NCBI GenBank assembly: GCA_964576065.1
Contig: CAZNTW010000001.1
Coordinates: 6,079 to 53,863 of the forward strand
Origin: an uncultured Gammaproteobacteria bacterium
Lineage (GTDB): Bacteria; Patescibacteriota; Patescibacteriia; UBA2591; UBA6264
Reading direction: 5' to 3'
DNA: 47,785 nt
In this document: positions 8,427-17,156 of the stretch, piece after piece
Layout of the letters: each line of letters begins with the position of its first letter
Numbering within the stretch: the stretch's first letter is position 1
Notes under the pieces: generated by a model
Seen by the model: only the letters and a program-made list of their open reading frames with translations
Database searches by the model: none
What the model was told of the DNA's origin: nothing
Translations under genes and position numbers: made by a program

Positions 8427-8680
8427 AATTTAGAAAATTGTTCCTGCACTTATCTGTCTTGTCAGAAAAAAAGGCGTTTGTTGTGAATGTTCAAAATATT
8501 ATTTTAATCGAGAAGAATTACCGGCCTGTTGTTTTTCTGTTCAGACGGAAAAAATATATGATCGGTCAATAAAAAGATTCATTCAAGAAAGGACAAATAA
8601 AATTAAAGAAGTTTGACGGGGAATTTTTGGACGGACGCTAAAAGGAGTTAAACTCCCCACAGACGTAAGAACAGTAATTT

Positions 8681-9136
8681 ATGAATAAAAATATTTTTTT
8701 TCCTGTAATTATTTTAATTCTTTTTGTCGTGATTTTTTTAGCGATCATATTTCAGAAGGAAATAAAAAAAAACTATATTTTCCTTAAAATTAACAACGAA
8801 ACACTGAGAGTCGAAGTCTCAGATACATTGTTAAAAAGGGCGAAAGGATTGTCGGGGCGTCAAAATCTTTCAGAAGAAGAGGGGATGATTTTTATTTTTA
8901 AAAAACCGGGAATTTATCCTTTTTGGATGAAAAAAATGAATTTCGCTTTGGATATTATTTGGATTGGTGAAGACATGGAAGTTAAAGAAATTAGTCAAAA
9001 TGTTTTACCGCAGACATTTCCAAAAAAAATCAAATCGACTCAATCGATAAAATATGTTTTAGAAGTAAATTCGGGTTGGGCGATTGCGCACAACATTAAC
9101 AAAGGAAATGTTGTGTTTTTTCAAGACAATAATTAA
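8681..9136 (+). CDS. DUF192-domain protein
   Basis: N-terminal TM helix, then GLSGR...GMIFIF...FWMKKMNFALDIIWI, which is typical of DUF192. Confidence 0.6.
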   Translation: MNKNIFFPVIILILFVVIFLAIIFQKEIKKNYIFLKINNETLRVEVSDTLLKRAKGLSGRQNLSEEEGMIFIFKKPGIYPFWMKKMNFALDIIWIGEDMEVKEISQNVLPQTFPKKIKSTQSIKYVLEVNSGWAIAHNINKGNVVFFQDNN

Positions 9137-9160
9137 AATTAATTGTTTAAATTTTAAAAT

Positions 9161-9406
9161 ATGGGAAATTTTTTTACGCAAGGCGCTTGGTACACTTGGT
9201 TAATTCTTGCTTGGACTCTTCCATGGAAGGGGGTGGCTCTTTGGAAGGCGGCCAAAAATAACAGCAAGCCATGGTTCGTTGTTCTTTTATTAATTAACAC
9301 ACTGGCTCTTTTGGACATTCTTTATATTTTCGTTTTTAGTTTAAAAATAAAAGAATTAAAATCGGATCAGATTGAAAAAAAATTAGAGAAAAACACGCAA
9401 GGATAA
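9161..9406 (+). CDS. Small two-TM membrane protein (DUF5652-like)
   Basis: 81 aa. WKGVALWKAAKNNSKPWFVVLLLINTLALLDILYIF resembles the DUF5652 pattern. Confidence 0.45.
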   Translation: MGNFFTQGAWYTWLILAWTLPWKGVALWKAAKNNSKPWFVVLLLINTLALLDILYIFVFSLKIKELKSDQIEKKLEKNTQG

Positions 9407-9435
9407 GATTAATAATTTGTTAGAAAAATAATTAT

Positions 9436-10407
9436 ATGAATTTGGAACAGGTGAGCGAGGCAAAAGATTGGAATGAATTTATTTTTAGTGATCAGAATCG
9501 ATTCACCGGCGGGGAGTTTTTGCAGTCTTGGGAGTGGGGAGAATTTCAAAAAAAAATAGGCCGAACAATTTGGCGTTATCGAATTAAACAAGAAGAAGAA
9601 ACAATAGGGCAGGCTCTGTTGATTAAGCACCCTTTAACCTTTGGTCGGAATTATTTATATTGTCCGCGCGGTCCGATATTGCAAAAAGAAAAATTGTCTC
9701 AATTTTTTAGTCTTTTTTTAACCGAAATTAAAACGTTGGCGTGTCAGCAAAAAGCGATTTTTTTCCGTTTTGATCCAATCACTTCAGATCGTTTTTTAGA
9801 AACAAAAACGGTTCGCGACTTTCAACCGAGTCAAACTGTTATTTTGGATCTAAAAAAATCAGAGCAGGAAATTTTAAATCAAATGCACCCTAAGACGCGT
9901 TATAATATTCGTTTGGCGCAGAAAAAGGGCGTAAAAATTTTTAGCGGAAAAAATTCAAAACAAATAAATATTTTTTTGGATTTATTGGAGCAAACCGGAA
10001 AAAGAGACAAATTTAAGACTTATACAAATGATTATTATCGGAAATTAATAAGCTCTGATTTTGTTCAGCTTTATTTTGCCGAGTATCAGGGCAGAGTTTT
10101 AGCCGCATCTTTAGTTATTTTTTTCGGACCAGTCGCCACCTATCTTCACGGTGGATCCAGTCGCGATTTTAAAGAAACAATGGCTCCTTATTTATTACAC
10201 TGGGAAGTTATAAAACAAGCTAAAGCCAATAATCTAAAATTTTATGATTTTTGGGGGATTAGCGAGACAAAGTGGCCGAATTTAACTCGTTTTAAAAAAG
10301 GCTTTTGCCAGAATGAGATTAATTATCCAGGCACGATTGAAGTTGGATTTTTTCCAATCTGGTATTTTTGTTACAAATTATTTAAATTATGTTATCGTTT
10401 ATTCTAA
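9436..10407 (+). CDS. FemAB-family peptidoglycan bridge-formation aminoacyltransferase
   Basis: N-terminal FLQSWEWGEFQKKIG, central TRYNIRLAQKKG and C-terminal YDFWGI motifs typical of FemA/FemB/FemX. Confidence 0.7.
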   Translation: MNLEQVSEAKDWNEFIFSDQNRFTGGEFLQSWEWGEFQKKIGRTIWRYRIKQEEETIGQALLIKHPLTFGRNYLYCPRGPILQKEKLSQFFSLFLTEIKTLACQQKAIFFRFDPITSDRFLETKTVRDFQPSQTVILDLKKSEQEILNQMHPKTRYNIRLAQKKGVKIFSGKNSKQINIFLDLLEQTGKRDKFKTYTNDYYRKLISSDFVQLYFAEYQGRVLAASLVIFFGPVATYLHGGSSRDFKETMAPYLLHWEVIKQAKANNLKFYDFWGISETKWPNLTRFKKGFCQNEINYPGTIEVGFFPIWYFCYKLFKLCYRLF

Positions 10408-11321
10408 CCGCAATTTTATTTTTTTATCCATCGTCAACCATAAATCAAGCGGTTTTTTTAAATCAAACGACCGAAAAGGGTTTTAATAGAGACGCGAACA
10501 TCTCTTATTCTTTGGGTCCTAAACTTACTGCCAAAAGCGCGATAGTTTTTAATTTGGAAAACAATCAAAATCTATTTTCTAAAAATCCGGACGAAGAGTT
10601 ACCGATCGCAAGCATTACCAAACTAATGTCAGCCATAATTTTTTTAGAAAATAAAAATGTTGGTTGGGATGATTGGATAAAAATCGAGTCAACGGATTTA
10701 ATTGTTCATTCAAAGCAGTTGGGTGATCTTGAACCGGCTGGGCTGGGTTTGGTGGCTGGTCAAAAAATAAAAGTTAAAGATATTTTTAACGCCGGCTTAA
10801 TTAGGTCGGCAAATGATGCCATAATGACCATGTCGCGTTTAGTTAATTTGCCAAAAGAAAAAAATTTTGTCGATTTAATGAACGGAAAAGCCAAGCAAAT
10901 CGGGTTGACCAATACTAATTTTTTCGAGCCGACCGGTTTAAGCCAAGAAAATAAATCTACAGCCAATGATTTGGTTAAATTAGTGGTTGAGGTGTTAAAA
11001 AAAGACGAGATAAAACAGGCCCTGATTAATAAATCTTACACATTTTTGATTAAAAATGCATACAATCAAACAAGCCGTTGGACAGTAAACAGTACAAATA
11101 AACTGTTAAGTAATTTTGTGAAATTAAATTTAGCCAAGACCGGTTATTTACCGATCAGCGGTTATTGTCTGGCCGGGTTTAGCGATTATCAAGATAAACA
11201 ATTGGTTGTGATTATTTTGGGAGCTGATAGCGAAGAAAACAGATTTCAAGAAACCAAAAGTTTGATTTGGTGGGCGAATGAACAATTAAACAGTCAAATG
11301 ACAGATAGTTTAGAACAATAG
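10389..11321 (+). CDS. D-alanyl-D-alanine carboxypeptidase (peptidase S11, PBP5-like)
   Basis: Signal-like N-terminus plus the SxxK (SITK), SxN (SAND) and KTG (KTGY) motifs in the correct order. Confidence 0.78.
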   Translation: MLSFILTAILFFYPSSTINQAVFLNQTTEKGFNRDANISYSLGPKLTAKSAIVFNLENNQNLFSKNPDEELPIASITKLMSAIIFLENKNVGWDDWIKIESTDLIVHSKQLGDLEPAGLGLVAGQKIKVKDIFNAGLIRSANDAIMTMSRLVNLPKEKNFVDLMNGKAKQIGLTNTNFFEPTGLSQENKSTANDLVKLVVEVLKKDEIKQALINKSYTFLIKNAYNQTSRWTVNSTNKLLSNFVKLNLAKTGYLPISGYCLAGFSDYQDKQLVVIILGADSEENRFQETKSLIWWANEQLNSQMTDSLEQ

Positions 11322-11373
11322 TTAAAAAATTCACTCAATCTGTTATAATAATATTGAAACAAAAAAGGGGTTT

Positions 11374-11841
11374 ATGATGATTCTACCTCCGGAGTTAAAA
11401 ACAATTTTTTTAGCCCTAACGCCGCTTAATGAATTAAGGGGAACCATTCCTGTGGCTATGATACTTTGGGAATTATCCCCTTTAAGAGCTTTTATTTTTG
11501 CGGTTATAGGTAATATGGCGCCAATTTTCTTTTTATTATGGGTCTTGCCTCGTTTAGCCGAATTATTAAGGAGCAAAAATTTTTGGCTGGACAAATTTTT
11601 TTTCTGGTTATTTGAACGTACCCGTCGAAAATTTTACAAAAATTATTCTCTCTACGGAGACTTGGGACTTTTAATTTTTGTCGCTATCCCTTTTCCGTTC
11701 ACAGGGGCTTGGACCGGAGCTATAGCGGCTTTTGTCTTTGGTATTCCTTATTGGCGAGCGCTCGGTTTGATTTTTGGCGGAGTGGTTATCGCCGGATTAA
11801 TTATTACCCTGGCGACGTTGGGACTAACGTCGTTGATTTAG
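11374..11841 (+). CDS. Small membrane protein (putative small multidrug export family, COG2426-like)
   Basis: 155 aa with 4 TM helices. The N-terminal PLNELRGTIPVAM motif is typical of the family. Confidence 0.5.
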   Translation: MMILPPELKTIFLALTPLNELRGTIPVAMILWELSPLRAFIFAVIGNMAPIFFLLWVLPRLAELLRSKNFWLDKFFFWLFERTRRKFYKNYSLYGDLGLLIFVAIPFPFTGAWTGAIAAFVFGIPYWRALGLIFGGVVIAGLIITLATLGLTSLI

Positions 11842-11870
11842 ATTAATATTAAGAATAAAATTATAAATAT

Positions 11871-12650
11871 ATGAACAAACCGATTATTATCGCTAATTGG
11901 AAAATGAATCTCACGCCAAATGAAGAAGTAGAATTAACAAAAGATTTTTTAAAAAAATTGAAAAAAATAAAATCTTCAAAATTGGCTAATTTTGAAACGG
12001 TTGTTTGTCCGTCATTTTTGGGATTATTTGCGGTAGCCGAAATTCTAAAAAATGAAAAAAAATTTTTATCTCTTGGCGCTCAAGATTGTTTTTGGGAAGA
12101 TAAGGGTAATTTTACCGGTGAAAATTCTCCTCAGGTATTAAAACAAATGGGTTGCGAGTATGTTATTGTGGGACATTCTGAAAAAAGAGAGAATTCAAAA
12201 GAAACTGGAGAGATGGTCAACAAAAAAATCAAAGCCGCTTTACAAAATAATTTAATTCCGATTATTTGTTTAGGAGAGACAAGGGGGGAAAGAGATAAGG
12301 GGCTGAAAGAATACGTAGTGCTTGACCAGGTGTCGCAAGCGTTAAAAGGCGTCAGTTTTCGGGCAGAAAGTAAAATAATAATTGTTTACGAGCCGGTTTG
12401 GATAACTAACAACATAAAATCAATTGAGTCGCGCGAGGCCGAGTATTTCGCTAAAATAATTCAACAGCGGTTGATTGATTTGTTTCCTCTGCCATTTGTC
12501 CGCAATAATATTAGAATTATTTATGGCGGCAGTGTTGACAGTCAAATGATAAAATCTTTTGTTGATGAAGAAACAATCAGCGGAGTTTTGGTTGGCGCTG
12601 CCAGTTTAAAAGTCGAAGAATTTATCAAAATGTGCGAGAGGATTTGTTAA
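11871..12650 (+). CDS. tpiA: Triosephosphate isomerase
   Basis: ANWKMN (Lys), GHSEKR (His), YEPVW (Glu) and YGGSV motifs are present. Loop 6 is atypical (see findings). Confidence 0.88.
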   Translation: MNKPIIIANWKMNLTPNEEVELTKDFLKKLKKIKSSKLANFETVVCPSFLGLFAVAEILKNEKKFLSLGAQDCFWEDKGNFTGENSPQVLKQMGCEYVIVGHSEKRENSKETGEMVNKKIKAALQNNLIPIICLGETRGERDKGLKEYVVLDQVSQALKGVSFRAESKIIIVYEPVWITNNIKSIESREAEYFAKIIQQRLIDLFPLPFVRNNIRIIYGGSVDSQMIKSFVDEETISGVLVGAASLKVEEFIKMCERIC

Positions 12651-12654
12651 AATT

Positions 12655-13044
12655 ATGATATTTAATATTTTATTGTTATTGCTTATTTTATTGTCGGTCG
12701 GAGGAGTTGTTTTTATAATTAGTCGCAAGTTTTTTTATTTAACCAACATTAATCCGGAAATGATGCCCGAAGAGAAAGCGGCTCAAATTAAAAAGAAACT
12801 AATAGAAAAAAAAGTCAAGAGACAAATCGAAGAATGGCAAAGAAAAACAAAAATTAAAATTTTAGACTTAGAATCTTTTTTCGCGCGCGAACTAAAACTC
12901 GCAAAAATAGCAAATCGGTTTAAAATAATAATTGTTTGTTTGGTCAAAATCAGTCAATGGATTGAACCGAAAATAAAAAAAGACTTGATTTTTTTAAAAA
13001 ACAAGGTAGAATTTATAAAAAATAAACACAAAAAACGAGATTAA
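12655..13044 (+). CDS. Hypothetical membrane-anchored lysine-rich protein
   Basis: 129-aa ORF with an N-terminal TM helix. No family recognised. Confidence 0.4.
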   Translation: MIFNILLLLLILLSVGGVVFIISRKFFYLTNINPEMMPEEKAAQIKKKLIEKKVKRQIEEWQRKTKIKILDLESFFARELKLAKIANRFKIIIVCLVKISQWIEPKIKKDLIFLKNKVEFIKNKHKKRD

Positions 13045-13108
13045 CGGGAACGGCTCTATTTATCAGGAATTTAATGGCGATTATTAAAATCAAAATTTTT
13101 ATAAGTAT

Positions 13109-13181
13109 GCTGGGATAGCTCAGTTGGTAGAGCACGAACATGGTAAGTTCGCGGTCGGGAGTTCAAGTCTCCCTCCCAGCT
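13109..13181 (+). tRNA. tRNA-Thr (GGT)
   Basis: Hand-folded cloverleaf: GCTGGGA/TCCCAGC acceptor, GCTC/GAGC D stem, CGAAC-ATGGTAA-GTTCG anticodon arm, GGGAG-TTCAAGT-CTCCC T arm. Confidence 0.9.
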
Positions 13182-13185
13182 TTTT

Positions 13186-13268
13186 GGATGGGTACCAAAG
13201 TGGACAAATGGGACAGACTGTAAATCTGTTGCCTTTCGGCTTCGTAGGTTCGAATCCTACCCCATCCA
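13186..13268 (+). tRNA. tRNA-Tyr (GTA), class II with a long variable arm
   Basis: GGATGGG/CCCATCC acceptor, ACAGA-CTGTAAA-TCTGT anticodon arm, variable arm GCCTTTCGGCTTC, GTAGG-TTCGAAT-CCTAC T arm. Confidence 0.88.
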
Positions 13269-13320
13269 TATTCGTTTTGATTTTTATCAAATAAGAAATT
13301 TAAGGACGTTAGCTAATTTT

Positions 13321-13396
13321 GCCGGCGTAGCTCAGTTGGTAGAGCAGCTGTTTTGTAAACAGCAGGTCGTCGGTTCAAATCCGACTGCCGGCTCCA
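13321..13396 (+). tRNA. tRNA-Thr (TGT) with encoded CCA
   Basis: GCCGGCG/TGCCGGC acceptor (one G-U pair), GCTGT-TTTGTAA-ACAGC anticodon arm, GTCGG-TTCAAAT-CCGAC T arm, then TCCA. Confidence 0.9.
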
Positions 13397-13428
13397 AAAA
13401 GCAAATTTTTATAAAATTGGGACCAACT

Positions 13429-13456
13429 GTCGGTTCAAATCAGACAAATGGATCCA
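13429..13456 (+). other. Degenerate copy of the 3' end (T arm, acceptor, CCA) of the adjacent tRNA-Thr(TGT)
   Basis: GTCGGTTCAAATCAGACAAATGGATCCA compared with the genuine GTCGGTTCAAATCCGACTGCCGGCTCCA: 22 of 28 positions match, including a 13-nt identical run and the terminal TCCA. Confidence 0.55.
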
Positions 13457-13575
13457 GGACTGGCGGGCAGATGAATCACGGGTTGCTGATTTGGTTTATC
13501 TAATATTTCAAACGATTATTTTAATTAAGCAAAGTTTAATTCAAAGAACGTAAAATGTTCTAATGTGTAAAATTT

Positions 13576-13731
13576 ATGTCGCAAGAAAATTTAATAAAAA
13601 TGGAGTGCGCGCAATGTCATCACATAAACTACTATACGCAAAAAAATAAAAAAAATATTAAAGAGCGTTTAGAGCTTAAAAAATATTGCCGCTCGTGTCG
13701 CAAGCACACCCCACACAAGGAGACAAAATAA
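13576..13731 (+). CDS. rpmG: 50S ribosomal protein L33
   Basis: 51-aa ORF below the ORF-track cutoff: [51 protein letters not shown]. It has the CxxC...CxxC zinc ribbon and the KHTxHKE tail typical of L33. Confidence 0.85.
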   Translation: MSQENLIKMECAQCHHINYYTQKNKKNIKERLELKKYCRSCRKHTPHKETK

Positions 13732-13759
13732 CAAAAATTCAAATTGTATTTCAAACAGG

Positions 13760-13831
13760 GGGCCCGTAGTTTCAACGGTAAAACATCTGTCTCCAAAACA
13801 GAGGTTCCCTGTTCGAATCAGGGCGGGCCCG
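13760..13831 (+). tRNA. tRNA-Trp (CCA)
   Basis: GGGCCCG/CGGGCCC acceptor, TCTGT-CTCCAAA-ACAGA anticodon arm, CCCTG-TTCGAAT-CAGGG T arm. Confidence 0.9.
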
Positions 13832-13865
13832 TTTTTGTCTATAAAGTTGGTATAATAATTTAAAT

Positions 13866-15005
13866 ATGGCTGATTATTACGATACATTAGGAGTAAAAAA
13901 AAATGCCTCGGTTGAAGAAATCAGGCGGGCTTTTAAAATTTTGGCCCAAAAATATCATCCAGACAAAGTTGGCGGAGACACCTCTAAATTTAAGGAAATT
14001 AACGAAGCTTATCAGACCCTTTCTGACGAAGAAAAACGGCGTTTATATGATCAATACGGACCGGCCTTTGATCAGGCTCAGTCAAAGGGTGGGTTTAATG
14101 GATTTGATGATTTTCGCGATTTTGCCAGTTATGCCGAAGCTATGAGGAGTCCAAACGATGAATCTAATTTTAATAATTTTGATTTTGGTAATTTGGGAGA
14201 TGTTTTTGGCGATTTATTCGGCTTTAGCCATTCTTCTAGCGATTTGCAACAAAAAAAAGGACAGGATATTGAGATTAATGTAAGTTTAGATTTTCGTGAA
14301 GCGATTTTCGGCGTTGAAAAAAAAATAAGATTGGAGAAATATGTTAAATGCGATAAATGCGAGGGGAGCGGAGTTGAACCAGGAAGCAAATTGACCGCTT
14401 GTCAAGTTTGTCATGGTCGTGGTAAGGTTATCCAAACTCAGAGAACTATTTTTGGCGCTTTTCAAACTTCAAGTGTTTGCCCAAATTGTGGCGGTCAGGG
14501 TCAGGTGCCTGATAAAAAATGTCAAACTTGTCGCGGACAAGGCAGAACGAAAAAATCTTCCGAAATAAAAGTTAAAATTCCGGCCGGAATAGACAATGAT
14601 CAAACCATAAAAGTGTCTGAACAGGGGCAAGCCGGTCGTAGTGGAAATAAGTCTGGTAATTTATATATAAATGTTTCTGTTAGGCCGGATAAAGAATTTG
14701 AGCGTCAAGGCAATGATATTTTTTCAGAAAAAATTATTTCTTTAAGTCAGGCCGCTTTAGGCGATGAAACTGAAGTGGAAACGATTGACGGAGAGATAAA
14801 AGTAAAAATACCGGCCGGCATTTCATCGGGTCAGGAAATTCGTTTAAGGAACAGAGGCGTTCCCATCTTAAACGCAGCCAAAGGTTTTCTTAATAGGAAT
14901 AAGGTCAGAGGCGATCATATTTTAAAAATAAAAGTGAATGTTCCTAAAAGTTTGACAAAAAAACAAAAAGAATTGTTAGAAGAATTAAAACAACAAGGAT
15001 TATAG
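13866..15005 (+). CDS. dnaJ: Molecular chaperone DnaJ
   Basis: J domain with HPD (YHPDK), a G/F-rich linker and four CxxCxGxG zinc-finger repeats. 379 aa. Confidence 0.93.
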   Translation: MADYYDTLGVKKNASVEEIRRAFKILAQKYHPDKVGGDTSKFKEINEAYQTLSDEEKRRLYDQYGPAFDQAQSKGGFNGFDDFRDFASYAEAMRSPNDESNFNNFDFGNLGDVFGDLFGFSHSSSDLQQKKGQDIEINVSLDFREAIFGVEKKIRLEKYVKCDKCEGSGVEPGSKLTACQVCHGRGKVIQTQRTIFGAFQTSSVCPNCGGQGQVPDKKCQTCRGQGRTKKSSEIKVKIPAGIDNDQTIKVSEQGQAGRSGNKSGNLYINVSVRPDKEFERQGNDIFSEKIISLSQAALGDETEVETIDGEIKVKIPAGISSGQEIRLRNRGVPILNAAKGFLNRNKVRGDHILKIKVNVPKSLTKKQKELLEELKQQGL

Positions 15006-15059
15006 CGGTTGGTTGTTTTTTCTCTTGTTGTTTGATGCTAATGTGGTAAAATAATTTGC

Positions 15060-16427
15060 ATGAGCAATATCATAGACACAAATTTAACAATATTTTTTCA
15101 TCAGAACTGGATTATAATAATCTATTGGATTTTTATTTTTTTGATTATTTATTTTGTTTTGAAGCGGATTTTTAAAATTGTGAAAAAAAGATGGTTGGAC
15201 AAGGTTAAGAAGAAATATTTGACCGATAAAAGATTTGTTCTTTTGGAAGTAGATGTCCCTCGCGACAATTTACAAGGACCCGAAGCGGTGGAAAGATTTT
15301 TTTCAGCCCTAGAAGGAATAAAAGCTAAACCGAATTTTCGCGAAAAATATTTTCAAGGAAAAGTTCAAATGGATATTTCTTTGGAAATAGCCAGCTTTGA
15401 CGGTCAAATTCAATTTTTTATTTATACGCCAGAGAAGTATCGCGATTTAGTTGAAGCATCTCTTTACGCCACTTATCCAGATGCCGGCATTTTTGAGGCT
15501 CAGGATTATGTTGATAGCGGACCAACTGAGTTTCCAGACCCAGAATATGATTTATGGGGAACGGATTTGGATCTTTATGCTCCTAATCCTTTTCCAATTA
15601 GGACTTATCCAAAATTTGAACATCCGTTAACCAAGGAATTAAAAGATCCGTTAGTTGGACTTTTGGAATCTTTAAGCAAATTGCAACAAGGAGAGCAAGT
15701 TTGGATTCAATACATCATTAAACCGGCAAGGCCGGATTTTATAAAAGAAGGCGAATTTTTAGTTAAGAAGATGTCGGGTCAAAAAATAGAATCAAAAAAC
15801 AGAATAATTGATAAAATATTAATCGTTCCCATTAAAGTTCTTCAGGCTTGCGCTGATGCGATAATTGAGGCTTTTGGGTTTTTGGTCAGTAGTGGAGAAG
15901 GAGAGAAAAAAGAAGAAAGAAAATCATTGTCTCCTGGAGAACAAAAAGTCATTGAAGCCGTTCAATTAAAAATGGCTAAAATCGCTTTTGACACCAAAAT
16001 CAGATTAATTTATTTGGCAAAAAAAGAAATTTTTAACACCGGTCGCGGAATAATCGGAATTCTGAGCGCTTTTAATGCGATAAACACGTTAGATATGAAT
16101 GGGCTTGAGCCAAATAAAAAAACTACCACAATTGAAAAGATAAGTAAAAAAAGATTAAGTTTAAAATTAGGAAGGAAAAAAACCGCCCTAAAAAAAGCTT
16201 ACAAAAAACGAGCTCGTTATTGGCAACCCGAGCCCATTGGTATTAAAAAAATAATAAAAAATATTTTGGATTTTTTAGCCGTTGATTTAACAAAAAAGAG
16301 AGTAAGCGTTCTTAATATTGAGGAATTAGCCACTCTTTATCACCTTCCGGTTTCTACCACTTATCCTCCTTTAGTTAAAAAAACAGGGAGCAAAAAGGGT
16401 GAGCCCCCCTTTGGCTTGCCATATTAG
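15060..16427 (+). CDS. Hypothetical membrane-anchored protein, possibly a partner module of FtsK/HerA-type ATPases
   Basis: 455 aa. N-terminal TM helix, then LLEVDVPRDNLQGPEAVERFFSALEGI, and a C-terminal EELATLYHLP segment. No catalytic motif recognised. Confidence 0.55.
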   Translation: MSNIIDTNLTIFFHQNWIIIIYWIFIFLIIYFVLKRIFKIVKKRWLDKVKKKYLTDKRFVLLEVDVPRDNLQGPEAVERFFSALEGIKAKPNFREKYFQGKVQMDISLEIASFDGQIQFFIYTPEKYRDLVEASLYATYPDAGIFEAQDYVDSGPTEFPDPEYDLWGTDLDLYAPNPFPIRTYPKFEHPLTKELKDPLVGLLESLSKLQQGEQVWIQYIIKPARPDFIKEGEFLVKKMSGQKIESKNRIIDKILIVPIKVLQACADAIIEAFGFLVSSGEGEKKEERKSLSPGEQKVIEAVQLKMAKIAFDTKIRLIYLAKKEIFNTGRGIIGILSAFNAINTLDMNGLEPNKKTTTIEKISKKRLSLKLGRKKTALKKAYKKRARYWQPEPIGIKKIIKNILDFLAVDLTKKRVSVLNIEELATLYHLPVSTTYPPLVKKTGSKKGEPPFGLPY

Positions 16428-16467
16428 GTCTTTTAATAATAAGAAATAGCAACAAATAAATAGTTTT

Positions 16468-17154
16468 ATGAAGCTATATGTCGTGGCTACGCCAATAGGC
16501 AATTTAAATGATATTAGTTTTCGGGCGATTGAAACACTTAAGAATGTTGATTGTATTCTTTGCGAAGACACCCGTCAGACGAAAAAGTTATTGGATCACT
16601 ATCAAATAGAAAAGCCACTGGTTAGTTATCATCATCACTCAAAAATAAAAAAAAATAATTATATTTTAGGATTATTAAAACAAGGAAAAAATTTGGCTAT
16701 GGTCTCTGACGCGGGAACTCCGGGCTTATCAGATCCGGGTAATAAATTAATTAGATTGATTTTGGATGACTTGGGCGAGGCAAGCATTGTCCCAATTCCC
16801 GGGTCTTCGGCGATCACAGCGATTTTAAGTGTTGCCGGTTGGTCGACCGACCGATTTGTTTTTTGGGGATTTTTGCCGGCGAAAAAAGGGAGAACTATTT
16901 TTTTTAAGGGAATAAAACAAAGTGAATATCCGATAGTATTTTTTGAATCACCTTATCGCATTTTAAAAACATTAAAACAGATAGATGATTTTTTAAATCC
17001 TTTAACCTGTCAAGTTGTGGCGGGAAGAGAATTAACTAAAATGTTTGAAACAATCTATCGCGGTGACCTTAAGCAAGTAATTTCTAAAATTGAAACAGAA
17101 ACGGCGCGAGGAGAGTATGTGGTGGTGTTATTTTTTAAAAAATCAAAAAATTAA
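16468..17154 (+). CDS. rsmI: 16S rRNA (cytidine1402-2'-O)-methyltransferase RsmI
   Basis: N-terminal LYVVATPIGNLNDISFRAIETLKNVDCILCEDTR and SDAGTPGLSDPG motifs of the tetrapyrrole-methylase-fold RsmI. Confidence 0.88.
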   Translation: MKLYVVATPIGNLNDISFRAIETLKNVDCILCEDTRQTKKLLDHYQIEKPLVSYHHHSKIKKNNYILGLLKQGKNLAMVSDAGTPGLSDPGNKLIRLILDDLGEASIVPIPGSSAITAILSVAGWSTDRFVFWGFLPAKKGRTIFFKGIKQSEYPIVFFESPYRILKTLKQIDDFLNPLTCQVVAGRELTKMFETIYRGDLKQVISKIETETARGEYVVVLFFKKSKN

Positions 17155-17156
17155 GA

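Noticed and set aside
8600-8680. Possible riboswitch upstream of the DUF192 gene. I considered guanidine-II/mini-ykkC because of the ACGG motifs, and also fluoride and preQ1.
   Set aside because: The ACGG/ACGT occurrences are not in the loops of flanking stems. None of the consensus cores I remember for these classes is present.
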